A model generated the notes under the pieces. It saw only the letters and a program-made list of their open reading frames with translations. It did not search any database and was not told where the DNA came from. A stretch of DNA of 64,000 nucleotides from a virus. Location of the stretch: IMG/VR virus record IMGVR_UViG_3300029554_000001; one strand, given 5' to 3'. This document shows positions 35,778 to 45,587 of the stretch, piece after piece. Position 1 is the stretch's first letter; each line of letters starts with the position of its first letter. The translations under genes were made by a program, and so were the position numbers.

Positions 35778-36743
35778 ATGGAACATACGAATTTTATGAT
35801 GATGATTGGAGTTGTTGCAAGTGGTAAATCCACTCTTGCTCAAAATCTCAAAAATATGCTGACTAAAATGGGTCAGCCTACAATGATTGTTTCATCGGAT
35901 GAAATTCGTGAAACTGTTTTTGGAGATGTAAACGACCAGACTCATAATGACGAGGTTTTTAAGGAAGTTCGTCGCCGTATTAACAATTGCATTGATAAAA
36001 TGAATGTTATTGTTGATGCAACTAATATTAATGTTAAATCTCGTAAGAGCTTGTTGGATATTGTTCGCAATAAGGAGAATGTTACTAAAGTAGCTTATGT
36101 TATGACTACTCCCGTTGCTGTTTGTAAAAGACAGAATAAAGCGAGAACTCGTACAGTTCCCGAAGAAGTTATTGACAGACAGATTGGCAAGTTTGAAATT
36201 CCTTTTTATGAAGAAGGTTTTGATACAATTAATTTAATTGGTTGGAATTTTAATCAGTTTGAAGTAATTGTCCCTCAGTCTAATTGGACTACTGATGATG
36301 ATTATATTATGAGTTTGATGAAGGGCTTTGACCAGAAAACTTGTCATCATAAGTACACTTTAGATGAACATTGTAGAATTTGTGCCGAAGAAGTTGCTAA
36401 AAGAACTGATGATAAGATTCTTTATAGAGCTGCACAAATTCATGACTTAGGCAAGTTAACTACTGGACAGCCCAAGGAAGATGGTTCTGGAGATTATAGA
36501 TATTATAGTCATCATAATGTAGGAACGTATGACCTTTTAGCAAATCTTGATTGTATTGGATTTACTAACATGGACGATATCTTAAAATGTCTGTTTTATG
36601 TTAATTTTCATATGCTTCCATTCTTTCTTGAAACTGAAAAGTCTAAATCTAAATGGGAAAAGATTATGGGAAAAGAAAACCTTGATAAGCTTTTTTTGTT
36701 TAACGAATGCGATAAAATTGCAAGTGGGACTTCTGAAAAATAA
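35778..36743 (+). CDS. P-loop polynucleotide-kinase-like domain fused to an HD phosphohydrolase domain
   Basis: RBS AAGGAGG then ATG. Walker A GVVASGKST at the N-terminus. HD signature (HHKYTLDEH...AAQIHDLGK...YSHHN) in the C-terminal half. Confidence 0.7.
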   Translation: MEHTNFMMMIGVVASGKSTLAQNLKNMLTKMGQPTMIVSSDEIRETVFGDVNDQTHNDEVFKEVRRRINNCIDKMNVIVDATNINVKSRKSLLDIVRNKENVTKVAYVMTTPVAVCKRQNKARTRTVPEEVIDRQIGKFEIPFYEEGFDTINLIGWNFNQFEVIVPQSNWTTDDDYIMSLMKGFDQKTCHHKYTLDEHCRICAEEVAKRTDDKILYRAAQIHDLGKLTTGQPKEDGSGDYRYYSHHNVGTYDLLANLDCIGFTNMDDILKCLFYVNFHMLPFFLETEKSKSKWEKIMGKENLDKLFLFNECDKIASGTSEK

Positions 36744-36778
36744 TTCAGAAGATAAAAATTAGTAAAGGAGAGTTTAAG

Positions 36779-38137
36779 ATGAATTTTCATTTTAAGAAAG
36801 AGTTTCTTTGGCATCCTCTTTATGAATATGTTATGACTGTTAAAAGAAAGTATATTCAATCTTATACTCTCCTTAACAACGAACCTTGTCCTGAAAATTA
36901 CAATTTTAATGATTGGCTCGACAGAATTTTTGAGGCGTGGGAGAATATTACTCCTAAACTTAATGAAAAGTTGAGTAAGATTTTTGACCCTCTTCAGATT
37001 ACTTGTTATGACCATTATGTACTTTTTAAGTATAAAGGTTTTATTGAATTGTCTGATGATTATGATTTAAATTCTTTTTTTGAATTATATGATGGTCTTT
37101 ATAGGGAATGTCGTTCTTGTGTCTTTGATTTAAAGAATGACGAAATTGCTTTGGCTTCTTTGGCAAAGTTTAAGAATTATGGCGAGGATGATGGTGATTG
37201 GTCTCCTAAAAAAATTAGGTCTAAATATCATTTTGCTCATGCAGTTTTTATTACTAATAAACTTGATGGTTCTTATCAGCAATATAGATATATTGCAGAG
37301 GAAGACAGAATTTTAGGTTCTGGTTCTCAGGCATTAGACCCTGTAGAATCTTGGAGACTTGCGGCGGGTTATAAACTTTTATCTGAGGGACAAAAAGAAT
37401 TAATTAGGGATTACCCTGATTACACTTTTATTTTTGAATATATTTCTCCAAAAAATCCCATTGTTGTTAAGTATGATGAATCTCAAGAAGGATTGTATTT
37501 ACTTGCGGCAAGGGATGTTAAGGATGGCAAGGAAGTTTCTTTTGATATTCTTAGTGACATGGCTGAGGAATATGATTCTAAAATGACTCAATGGTATTAT
37601 AATGCTACTTTGTTTAGTGTTTTAGCCGATACCGATAATTATCTTTCTTCTGAAAAAGAAGGTTGGGTAGTTGATATGGTTGATGGATATAAAAATCATT
37701 TTAGATGCAAAATTAAAACATCAGATTATGTCTTGATACATAAAGCATTATCTAAAAATATATCTCCTAACGCAGTTATTAATGCTATTCATGAAGATAG
37801 ATTTGATGACTTTTTAGCAAAGTGTCCTGAAGCGTATAGAGAATTAATTATGCAGTATTATAATACTGTTCATGAATATCTTAATCTTTATAAAGAGCTT
37901 ATTGATAAAATTTTAATTAAAGGAAATGCAGAATGTGTAGATTTTTGGAATGATAAAAAAGAAGCAATGCTTTGGATGGATAAACTTCCCAAAGTGTTAA
38001 AGGGCAGAACAAAGACCAAATATCTTGGACAGGAAAATGATTTCTTGTTAAAGAGACAGTTTTGCTATAAATATTCTGAAATTACAAAAGCCCTACACAA
38101 TTTAAAGCGTTTTAAAAATTCTATGGTGGAAGGGTAA
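36779..38137 (+). CDS. ATP-dependent RNA ligase (Rnl-type nucleotidyltransferase)
   Basis: RBS AAAGGAG then ATG. Motif I KLDGS (ITNKLDGSYQQY), motif IV-like EKEGWVV, motif V-like RCKIKT. Immediately downstream of the kinase/HD gene. Confidence 0.7.
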   Translation: MNFHFKKEFLWHPLYEYVMTVKRKYIQSYTLLNNEPCPENYNFNDWLDRIFEAWENITPKLNEKLSKIFDPLQITCYDHYVLFKYKGFIELSDDYDLNSFFELYDGLYRECRSCVFDLKNDEIALASLAKFKNYGEDDGDWSPKKIRSKYHFAHAVFITNKLDGSYQQYRYIAEEDRILGSGSQALDPVESWRLAAGYKLLSEGQKELIRDYPDYTFIFEYISPKNPIVVKYDESQEGLYLLAARDVKDGKEVSFDILSDMAEEYDSKMTQWYYNATLFSVLADTDNYLSSEKEGWVVDMVDGYKNHFRCKIKTSDYVLIHKALSKNISPNAVINAIHEDRFDDFLAKCPEAYRELIMQYYNTVHEYLNLYKELIDKILIKGNAECVDFWNDKKEAMLWMDKLPKVLKGRTKTKYLGQENDFLLKRQFCYKYSEITKALHNLKRFKNSMVEG

Positions 38138-38155
38138 CTTTCCACCATTTTTATA
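38124..38155 (+). terminator. rho-independent terminator
   Basis: GGTGGAA...TTCCACC stem spanning the stop codon of the ligase gene, followed by ATTTTTAT. Confidence 0.6.
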
Positions 38156-38210
38156 TATTATACAATAAAACAGAAACAAATTAAAATTAAACAAAAAAGG
38201 ATTGACAAAT

Positions 38211-38684
38211 ATGGATGTAAAGATTAAATTGCTGTCTAAGACAGCTAAAATGCCTACTAAGGCGCACGAGACTGATGCTTGCTTCGACCTTTATGCTGAT
38301 TGTCCTGATGATAGTTATTATAGTTGGGATGTTCAGAAAGATGTTGCAGGAATCAAGATTCGTCCTCACGAAACGGTAAAGGTAAAGACTGGTATTGCAA
38401 CGGCAATTCCTGTTGGATATTGGGGTGCTGTCTTTGCTCGTAGTGGGTTGGCTACAAAGCAAAGTTTGCGTCCTGCAAATTGCGTTGGAGTAATTGATGC
38501 AGATTATCGTGGTGAATGGATTGTTGCTCTTCATAATGATAGTACTGAAACACAAATTATTAGACACGGAGATAGGATTGCTCAAGCTATGATTCTTCCT
38601 GTGCTTCCCACTACTTTTGAACAAGTAGAAGAACTTCCCGATACTGAGCGCGGCGCTGGCGGATTTGGAAGTTCTGGTAATTAA
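38211..38684 (+). CDS. dut: dUTP pyrophosphatase
   Basis: Classic dUTPase motifs: DACFDLYA, ARSGLA, GVIDADYRGEW, GDRIAQ and C-terminal RGAGGFGSSG. Confidence 0.9.
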   Translation: MDVKIKLLSKTAKMPTKAHETDACFDLYADCPDDSYYSWDVQKDVAGIKIRPHETVKVKTGIATAIPVGYWGAVFARSGLATKQSLRPANCVGVIDADYRGEWIVALHNDSTETQIIRHGDRIAQAMILPVLPTTFEQVEELPDTERGAGGFGSSGN

Positions 38685-38702
38685 AATTTAAAGGAGAAAG
38701 TT

Positions 38703-39146
38703 ATGTAGGATTTTTGGAAATTAGCCTTAGAAAATCTTTTGGCAGCTTTGGTGGGATTTTCTATTTTTGGCATGGCATATCTTTCTAATGTTAGTTTCTC
38801 TTTGTATTATAATATTAAAATTGCAGGAGAGACTTTTGAAAAACAAAGATTAATAAATAGCCTTTATAAAATTTTAGCTTTTGCGGGTGGTACAATGTTA
38901 CTTGTACTTTCTACCTCTTTAATTATTCCTTGGGCAAACAAAAACAATCTTCCTATTCCTGCTGAATATAGTACTGTTATTTCAACAGTGGCAACTTTAG
39001 GAGTATGTTTATCTGGTTCTTTGAAATATATTTTAGAAGCTTTTAATAAGATGAAGAAAATTCTGGCTATTAAAGATGAAAATAATACTATTGAAACAGC
39101 AAGAGCAAATGCTCTGAAATCTAATAAAGATGTAGAGGGAGAGTAA
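38703..39146 (+). CDS. three-TM membrane protein (holin-like, tentative) with TAG as codon 2
   Basis: RBS AAAGGAGAAAG then ATG TAG GAT... in the frame of ORF-track 38739..39146. Three hydrophobic helices and a charged C-terminus. Confidence 0.6.
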
Positions 39147-39148
39147 TT

Positions 39149-39691
39149 ATGGCTCTCCCTAATTATAATAAGCTCGTTATAGGAGATACTGAAACTACTG
39201 GATTTAAAGAAAATAGAATTGTTAGTATTGCAATTTTAGTGTATGAAAACGGCAAAAAAATTGCTGATAAATATATATTAGTAAATCCGTAGACCTAGAT
39301 TGAAAGTGGAGCATCTAAAGTTAATGGTATCACTTATGATACTATTAAAAATTGCCCTACATTTGACGAAGTTTGGGAAGAAATAAAAGATTATATGACA
39401 GATAGTGTTTGGATTTTTCATAATGCTAAATATGATGCTAACAAAGTAATCTATCCAGAATTAAAAAGATATCACATTCCAATTCCAAATCATGCTGTTT
39501 GTTGTACCTTAGAAAATGCGAAACGTTTAATTCCAAAAGCAGAAGTAGCTAATTATAAATTAGGGACTTTGCTTGAACATTTTGGCTATACTTTAGAAAA
39601 TGCTCATAGCGCAGATGCAGATACTTGGGGTTGTATGAAATTATATAATTAGTTAGTTAAATTATCTGATGGTAATTTAGATGTTACATAA
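39149..39691 (+). CDS. DnaQ/epsilon-like DEDDh 3'-5' exonuclease
   Basis: ExoI IGDTETTG, ExoII HNAKYD, ExoIII HSADADT. Two TAG at 39290 and 39296. The TAG at 39650 is followed by 12 codons and TAA 39689-39691. Confidence 0.8.
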
Positions 39692-39714
39692 AAGGACAAA
39701 AGGAGATTGATGTT

Positions 39715-39918
39715 ATGGTTGTTTTGTATACCACTAATTGCCCTCGTTGTATTGTTTTAGAAAAAAAACTTAAGCAAAAGGGAATTGAATTTGAAGCCAG
39801 AACTGATTTCGATATAAAGGAAATGATTAAAAAGGGTTTTGCTTCTGCTCCATTACTTGAAGTTGATGGAGAAATTATGGCTTTTAATGAAGCAAATCAA
39901 TGGATTAATAATAATTAA
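39715..39918 (+). CDS. glutaredoxin/NrdH-like redoxin
   Basis: 67 aa thioredoxin-fold protein with CPRC active site (VVLYTTNCPRCIVLEKKL). Directly upstream of nrdD. Confidence 0.8.
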   Translation: MVVLYTTNCPRCIVLEKKLKQKGIEFEARTDFDIKEMIKKGFASAPLLEVDGEIMAFNEANQWINNN

Positions 39919-39936
39919 AAAGGAGGAAAATTTTAT

Positions 39937-41865
39937 ATGGACATTTCACTTCGTTTAACAAAAGATTTTGAAAGATGCCTTGAAGATTTAAAAAAGAAAT
40001 ATGGTGAAGATTTCGAATATATTAATGGGGTTCATTCTAGTTAGTTAGATTTTTCAGAATTCTTAGATAAATTCGTAAATCAAAGCACAATGGCAGATGC
40101 TACTATCGACCCTAATGCAAATGCTAGCCATAGAGATATTCGTTCTTTTATGACTGAAAAGGGGAAGAGTGAAGATAAGCTTTTTGGTTTAAATAAAATT
40201 TTCCTTGAAATTAAGAAAAAATGGGGGCTGCGTACTGCTAAAGCTTGGTTAGAATAGGAATTTAGCAAGGGTTTTTATCTTAACGATTCTGCTACGGCAA
40301 GTTATTTTCCCTATTGCTGGGCAAACGATTTAACTCGTTTGGCAAGAGAGGGATTATTTTTCCTTGGAGGATATAATAATCAGCCTCCTAAACATTTGGA
40401 CACATATTTTGATGATGTTATTGAGTTTGTTTCGTTCCTCAGTAACCGTCAATCTCGGGCCGTTGGTCTCCCAAATGTAATTATTTGGGCTTATTATTTC
40501 TGGAAAATGGATATAAAGAATGGGCATTATTTTAAAGACCCAGATACTTATTTAAGACAATATTTTCAGAAATTTGTTTACAGATTAAATCAGCCATTCC
40601 TTAGAATTGACTAGTGCGCTTTTACAAATGTAAGTATTTTTGACCGTCCTTATCTTGAATCTTTGTTTGGTGGTTTGGAATTCCCAGATGGGTCTTTCGC
40701 TATTGACCAAATTGAAGAAATTATGAAGTGCCAGCGTTTATTTATGGATGTAGTAAGTGATATTCGCAGTGAAAACATGTTTACTTTCCCTGTTTTAACT
40801 TATTCTTTACTTTATAAAGATGGCAAATTTGAAGATGAAGAAACTGCTCGATGGGCTTGTTATCATAACATTAAGTGGTCTGATTCTAATTTCTTTGTAT
40901 CTGATAATGTTGGAGTACTTTCAAATTGTTGTCGTTTGCTTTCTGACACTCAAAAGCTTGATGCTTTTGTTAATTCTATTGGTGGTACAGCATTGTCTGT
41001 TGGGTCTTGTCGTGTGAGTACAATTAATCTTATGCGCATTGCATATGAGACTAAATTTAATAAAAAGAAATATATTGAACTTCTTAAAGACCGTGTACTT
41101 TTGGATTGTAAGGCATTAACTAGTATGCGTCACATTTTAGAGCGCAATATAGAAAAAGGTTTACTTCCTAACTATCAAGAAGGAGCAGTCGAACTTGACA
41201 AGCAATATTGTACTATTGGTATTCTTGGAATGTATGAAGTTATTGATTCTTTTGGATTAATTAATACTGACGAGTTTGGTAATAAATATTATACAGAAGA
41301 GGGATTGGAATTTGCTTGCCAGATTCTTGATACTATCAATGAAGTAAAAGATAATTTTGAATGTGATTTTTCTTTTAATGTTGAATCTATTCCTCGGGAA
41401 AATTGCGCTGGTGTAATTTGTACCGCAGATAATCTCTTGTTTGAGCAAGATAAATATTTTATTTACTCAAATTAGTGGGTCTCATTAACCGAACAATGCA
41501 CTATTAAAGAAAAGTGTCGTTTAGGAAGCGTACTTGATGAAAAATGTGGTGGCGGCTGCATTGCTCATATTGATATTGAAAATCGTTTTGCAACAAAAGA
41601 AAGTGCTTGGGATATGCTTAATTACATTGCTTCTAAAGGTGTAATTTATTTTGCGTTTACAACTAAAATTAATGTTTGTGAAGATAAACATTCTTTCATT
41701 GGAACTCAAACATGTCCTATTTGTGGAAAGCCTGTAGCAGACCAATATGCAAGAGTAGTAGGTTTTTATACTCCAGTAAGTAGTTATCAAAAGATTAGAA
41801 AAAAGGAATTTAATTTAAGACGTTGGTATAATGTTTTAGATGCAGATTCTATTATGAAAGGATAA
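39937..41865 (+). CDS. nrdD: anaerobic (class III) ribonucleoside-triphosphate reductase
   Basis: RBS AAAGGAGG then ATG. Four ORF-track pieces in one frame joined by 4 TAG (40042, 40255, 40612, 41473). LSNCCRL active-site region, C-terminal Zn site CPICGK and glycyl-radical motif RVVGFYTPVSSY. Confidence 0.85.
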
Positions 41866-41869
41866 ATTT

Positions 41870-42364
41870 ATGGAAGAGAAGATTCATCTTAAAGGTGTTG
41901 TCATGGAGGACTTTGTTAATTATGCGAAGCCCTCCCTCTTCCTTATCACTTGTAAATGTGATTGGAAATGTTGTCATGAAGCTAATATTCCAATTACTGT
42001 ATGTCAAAATGAACCTGTGGTAAGACAAGCTACTAAAGAATTTTTAATTTCTTCTATTTATAAAGCTTATATAGATAATGAAATTACAAAGGCAGTCGTA
42101 ATAGGAGGTTTAGAGCCTATGTTGCAATTTGAAGAAGTTTTGTCTTTGTTGGATTATTTTAGAAAGCAAAATTGTAATGATGACTTTGTAATTTATACGG
42201 GATATTATAAAGAAGAAATAGGAAAAGAAATTGAGCAATTAAAAAAATATCCCAATGTAGTTTTAAAATATGGTCGTTACAAACCAAATTCAATTTCACG
42301 TTATGATGATGTTTTACAAATTACATTAGTTTCTGATAACCAATATGCAGAGAGGATATCTTAA
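41870..42364 (+). CDS. nrdG: class III RNR activating enzyme (small radical-SAM NrdG type)
   Basis: Immediately downstream of nrdD. Cys cluster CKCDWKCCHE...CQNE. About 164 aa, the size of phage/Firmicutes-type NrdG. Confidence 0.7.
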   Translation: MEEKIHLKGVVMEDFVNYAKPSLFLITCKCDWKCCHEANIPITVCQNEPVVRQATKEFLISSIYKAYIDNEITKAVVIGGLEPMLQFEEVLSLLDYFRKQNCNDDFVIYTGYYKEEIGKEIEQLKKYPNVVLKYGRYKPNSISRYDDVLQITLVSDNQYAERIS

Positions 42365-42573
42365 TGTTAAAAATTGTATTGAATGATGACAAAGATTTAG
42401 TAGACGAAACAAATCGTCAGCTTGTAGAAATGAAAGAGAAATATGGAAAACAATATTGTCCATGTGGTTTAACTCGAACTGATGATATGGTTTGTATTTG
42501 CAAAGCCTTTAGAGAACAAAATTATGCTGGTGAATGTAATTGCGGAAAATATAAAAAGATAGAAGTTGATTAA
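42364..42573 (+). CDS. ferredoxin-thioredoxin-reductase catalytic-subunit-like Cys-rich protein
   Basis: TAATG overlap with nrdG. 69 aa with a CPC...CIC...CNC pattern (YCPCGLTRTDDMVCICKAFREQNYAGECNCGKY), reminiscent of the FTR catalytic chain. Confidence 0.55.
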   Translation: MLKIVLNDDKDLVDETNRQLVEMKEKYGKQYCPCGLTRTDDMVCICKAFREQNYAGECNCGKYKKIEVD

Positions 42574-42590
42574 GGGGTATTATACCCCTT
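42572..42590 (+). terminator. hairpin after the RNR operon (weak terminator)
   Basis: AAGGGGTA / TACCCCTT, 8 bp with a 3-nt loop. The downstream U-tract is poor. Confidence 0.4.
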
Positions 42591-42612
42591 TCAACTTATT
42601 TCTTATAACTTC

Positions 42613-42641
42613 TTGACAAGACAAAATTTATTTGTTATAAT
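42613..42641 (+). promoter_or_regulatory. sigma70/sigmaA-type promoter (perfect consensus)
   Basis: TTGACA (42613-42618), 17 nt, TATAAT (42636-42641). Confidence 0.7.
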
Positions 42642-42708
42642 GTCATTAAGTAAGAATAGATAAATGTATTTATATATTGTTACTTATTTACATTAAGGAA
42701 GGTAAATT

Positions 42709-43524
42709 ATGAATTTAGAAAAAGTTAACAACAGAGTTCATTCAGATTATGAATTTTTGAATGAACTTGGATATAATGTAGTCGGCGTATTTGTTTATGG
42801 TAGTAATAATTACGGAATGGCTACGGAACATTCTGATGTTGACACAAAAGCAATTGTGCTTCCTCATTTTGATGATATTGTTGATTCTAAAGATTGGGTT
42901 AGTAAAGAATATCATCGAGATGAAGATGGAGGAAAGCTTGAAGTTAAAGACATTCGCTTAATGTTTAATAGTTATTTAAAACAAAACATTAATTTTACAG
43001 AAACTTTATTTACTAAATATTTTGAGCTTAATCCTGAATATGCTGGACTGTGGTTGGGGGCTGTTGTTAAAAATAGAGAAGCTATTGCGCATTATTGTCC
43101 TCACAAAGCTGTATTAACAATGTATGGTAACATGAAAACAAAATACAAACAAATGTTTCATAGAGCCCCTCACAATGAATTTGATATTGATAATTATGGA
43201 TATGGGTTGAAGGATTTTCATCATATTGCAAGATTAGCAGATTTTATTAAAAGATATATAGCAGATGAACCATATGAAAAAATTTTAATTCCTAAAAATC
43301 CAGAATTATTAATTAGTTATAAAACCACTCCTATTCCAGTTGAAGATGCTAAAAGAATTGCAGAAAACTTAATTACCGAAGCAGAAGTTTTGGTAGATGA
43401 ATATGTAATGGATAAGCATTTTGAGACTAACAAAGAAGTAGAAGATGTTTTAAGAAATGTACAAAGGACAATGATAGCTAATTTTTTAAAGAAAGAGCTT
43501 TTAGAAAGTGAGACTAAATTATGA
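42709..43524 (+). CDS. Pol-beta-superfamily nucleotidyltransferase (RlaP-like, RNA-repair associated family)
   Basis: N-terminal motif VFVYGSNNYGMATEHSDVDTKAIV, typical of this nucleotidyltransferase family. No TAG. TGA stop. Confidence 0.65.
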   Translation: MNLEKVNNRVHSDYEFLNELGYNVVGVFVYGSNNYGMATEHSDVDTKAIVLPHFDDIVDSKDWVSKEYHRDEDGGKLEVKDIRLMFNSYLKQNINFTETLFTKYFELNPEYAGLWLGAVVKNREAIAHYCPHKAVLTMYGNMKTKYKQMFHRAPHNEFDIDNYGYGLKDFHHIARLADFIKRYIADEPYEKILIPKNPELLISYKTTPIPVEDAKRIAENLITEAEVLVDEYVMDKHFETNKEVEDVLRNVQRTMIANFLKKELLESETKL

Positions 43525-43597
43525 GTTATGCAGTAGTTGGTATTTTAGTTGTTTGGGTTGTTTTATCTTTTCTTATTATGAGCACAATTGACAAGTA

Positions 43598-45586
43598 ATG
43601 GAGATTAATATGAATAATTACGAAAATATTGCACGCATTAAGGAATTAACGAGTTTGTTAAATAAGTATCGAGATAAATATTATAATTATAGCGAATCTC
43701 TGGTTTCTGATGCAGAATATGATAAGCTGTTTGACGAATTGCGTGAATTAGAAACAGAAGAGAATTTTATTCTTTCAAATTCTCCCACTCAAACTGTTGG
43801 CTATGAAACTGTTGATTCGCTAAAAAAGGTTAAACATGACCATTTAATGCTTTCACTTGATAAAACAAAAAGTTGTCAGGATTTGCTTAATTTTGCAGAA
43901 GATAGAGAAGTAGCTTTATCTATGAAGTTAGACGGTCTTACTATGTCTGTTAAATATGAAAATGGCAAGCTTGTTTCTGCTGAAACTCGTGGCAATGGTG
44001 TTGAAGGCACTGATGTTCTTAATAATGCCAAAGTTATGAAGAATCTTCCTTTAACTATTGATAGCGAAGAAACCCTTGTTATTGATGGTGAATGTATTAT
44101 TCTTAGAGAAGATTTTGAACGAATTAACGCAGAACTTCCTGATGGAGAGCAATATGCTACTCAGCGCAACCTTGCAAGTGGTAGTCTTTCTCTTTTGGAC
44201 AATAAAATTACGTCTCAGAGAGGTCTTCAATTTTGGGCTTGGAGTTTGATTGAGGGAACTACGGGTAGTTTTAGAAAAGATATGAATAAGCTTCAGTCTT
44301 TGGGATTTACTATTGTTCCCTGTATTTATTTCAATGGTGGTAATGTTGACCTTTATGGAATTGAAGATTTAACTATTAAATTGAAACAGACTGCTGATAA
44401 GAAAGGCATTCCTGTTGATGGCTGTGTTATTACTTATGATGACATTGCTTATGGTTTAAGTCTTGGTAACACTGGTCATCATTTCCGTAAGAGTTTAGCT
44501 TTTAAGTATGAAGATGAAACTGCTGGAACTATTCTTAGAGACATTGAATGGGCAGTTGGTAAAACTGGCGTAATTACTCCTACTGCTGTGTTTGAGTCTG
44601 TTATTCTTGATAATACAGAAGTAAGTCGCGCATCTGTTCATAATATTAGTATTATCAAGTCTCTTGGTTTGAGAAAAAATTGTACTGTTAAAGTTGCAAA
44701 AATGAACATGATTATTCCCCAGATTGTTTTTTGTAACAAAGATGGTGATGCAGATTTTGAAATTCCAAAGACTTGCCCGTGCTGTGGTAAGCCTACTACA
44801 ACTAAAATTTCTGAATCTGGTGCTGAGACTCTTTGGTGCGAAAATCCAGATTGCCCTGAAAAAAATTTAGCTAAGTTTGTTCAGTTTGTATCTAAGCCAG
44901 CAATGAATATTGATGGTTTAAGTGAAGCTACCCTTAAGAGATTTATTGATGCTGGGTATGTTAAGAAGTATGCAGACCTTTATCATCTTGATAAGTATAA
45001 AAACGAAATTATTGAGATGGATGGTTTTGGGGAAAAGTCTTATAGTAAGTTAATTGAATCTATTGAAAAGTCTCGCCATGTTAAACTTGAAAATCTTCTT
45101 GTCGCTTTAAGTATTCCCAATATTGGCAAGACAGCGGCAAAGGAAATCAGTAAACATTTTAATGGAGATTGGGTGGCTTTTGAAGAAGCTCTTGATTTTA
45201 ATAATTTTGATTTCTCTACTTTAGATGGCTTTGGTGAAACAATGTCTCAGGCTATGCATAACTGGTGGAATAGTGAAGATTTATTGTTTACAAATCTTAT
45301 TTTTGAATTAAATTTAGTTTGGGATAAGCCAGTACAGATTGCAACGAATGAGTTTATCAATGGTAAAACTTTCTGTGTTACAGGTGCTTTTAATACCATG
45401 AAACGTTCGGAAATCGAAAAGATTATTACTGATAATTGTGGTAAGTTAACTGGTTCTGTTTCTAAAAAAACTGATTATCTTTTAACGAACGAAGCTAATA
45501 GTGGTTCATCTAAAGCTAAGAAAGCCGCTGAATTAGGGACTTCTATTATGAACGAAGAAGAATTTTTGAAAAGGATTGGAAAATAA
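43598..45586 (+). CDS. ligA: NAD-dependent DNA ligase
   Basis: Adenylation motif KLDGLTMSVKYENGKLVSAETRGNGVEGTDV. Zn finger CPCCGKPT...CENPDCPEK. HhH region. C-terminal BRCT (GKTFCVTGAF). 662 aa, no TAG. Confidence 0.9.
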   Translation: MEINMNNYENIARIKELTSLLNKYRDKYYNYSESLVSDAEYDKLFDELRELETEENFILSNSPTQTVGYETVDSLKKVKHDHLMLSLDKTKSCQDLLNFAEDREVALSMKLDGLTMSVKYENGKLVSAETRGNGVEGTDVLNNAKVMKNLPLTIDSEETLVIDGECIILREDFERINAELPDGEQYATQRNLASGSLSLLDNKITSQRGLQFWAWSLIEGTTGSFRKDMNKLQSLGFTIVPCIYFNGGNVDLYGIEDLTIKLKQTADKKGIPVDGCVITYDDIAYGLSLGNTGHHFRKSLAFKYEDETAGTILRDIEWAVGKTGVITPTAVFESVILDNTEVSRASVHNISIIKSLGLRKNCTVKVAKMNMIIPQIVFCNKDGDADFEIPKTCPCCGKPTTTKISESGAETLWCENPDCPEKNLAKFVQFVSKPAMNIDGLSEATLKRFIDAGYVKKYADLYHLDKYKNEIIEMDGFGEKSYSKLIESIEKSRHVKLENLLVALSIPNIGKTAAKEISKHFNGDWVAFEEALDFNNFDFSTLDGFGETMSQAMHNWWNSEDLLFTNLIFELNLVWDKPVQIATNEFINGKTFCVTGAFNTMKRSEIEKIITDNCGKLTGSVSKKTDYLLTNEANSGSSKAKKAAELGTSIMNEEEFLKRIGK

Positions 45587-45587
45587 T

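Noticed and set aside
38202-38207. TTGACA hexamer overlapping the dUTPase start region, considered as another member of the promoter family.
   Set aside because: The best -10 candidate would fall inside the coding sequence, and transcription would start downstream of the ATG. It is probably a chance occurrence, though an internal promoter cannot be excluded.
43521-43598. 25-codon hydrophobic micro-ORF (MSYAVVGILVVWVVLSFLIMSTIDK) between the RlaP-like gene and ligA.
   Set aside because: It is translationally coupled (ATGA overlap upstream, TAATG downstream), so it is possibly real. It is too short to support from sequence alone, so it is not listed as a feature.
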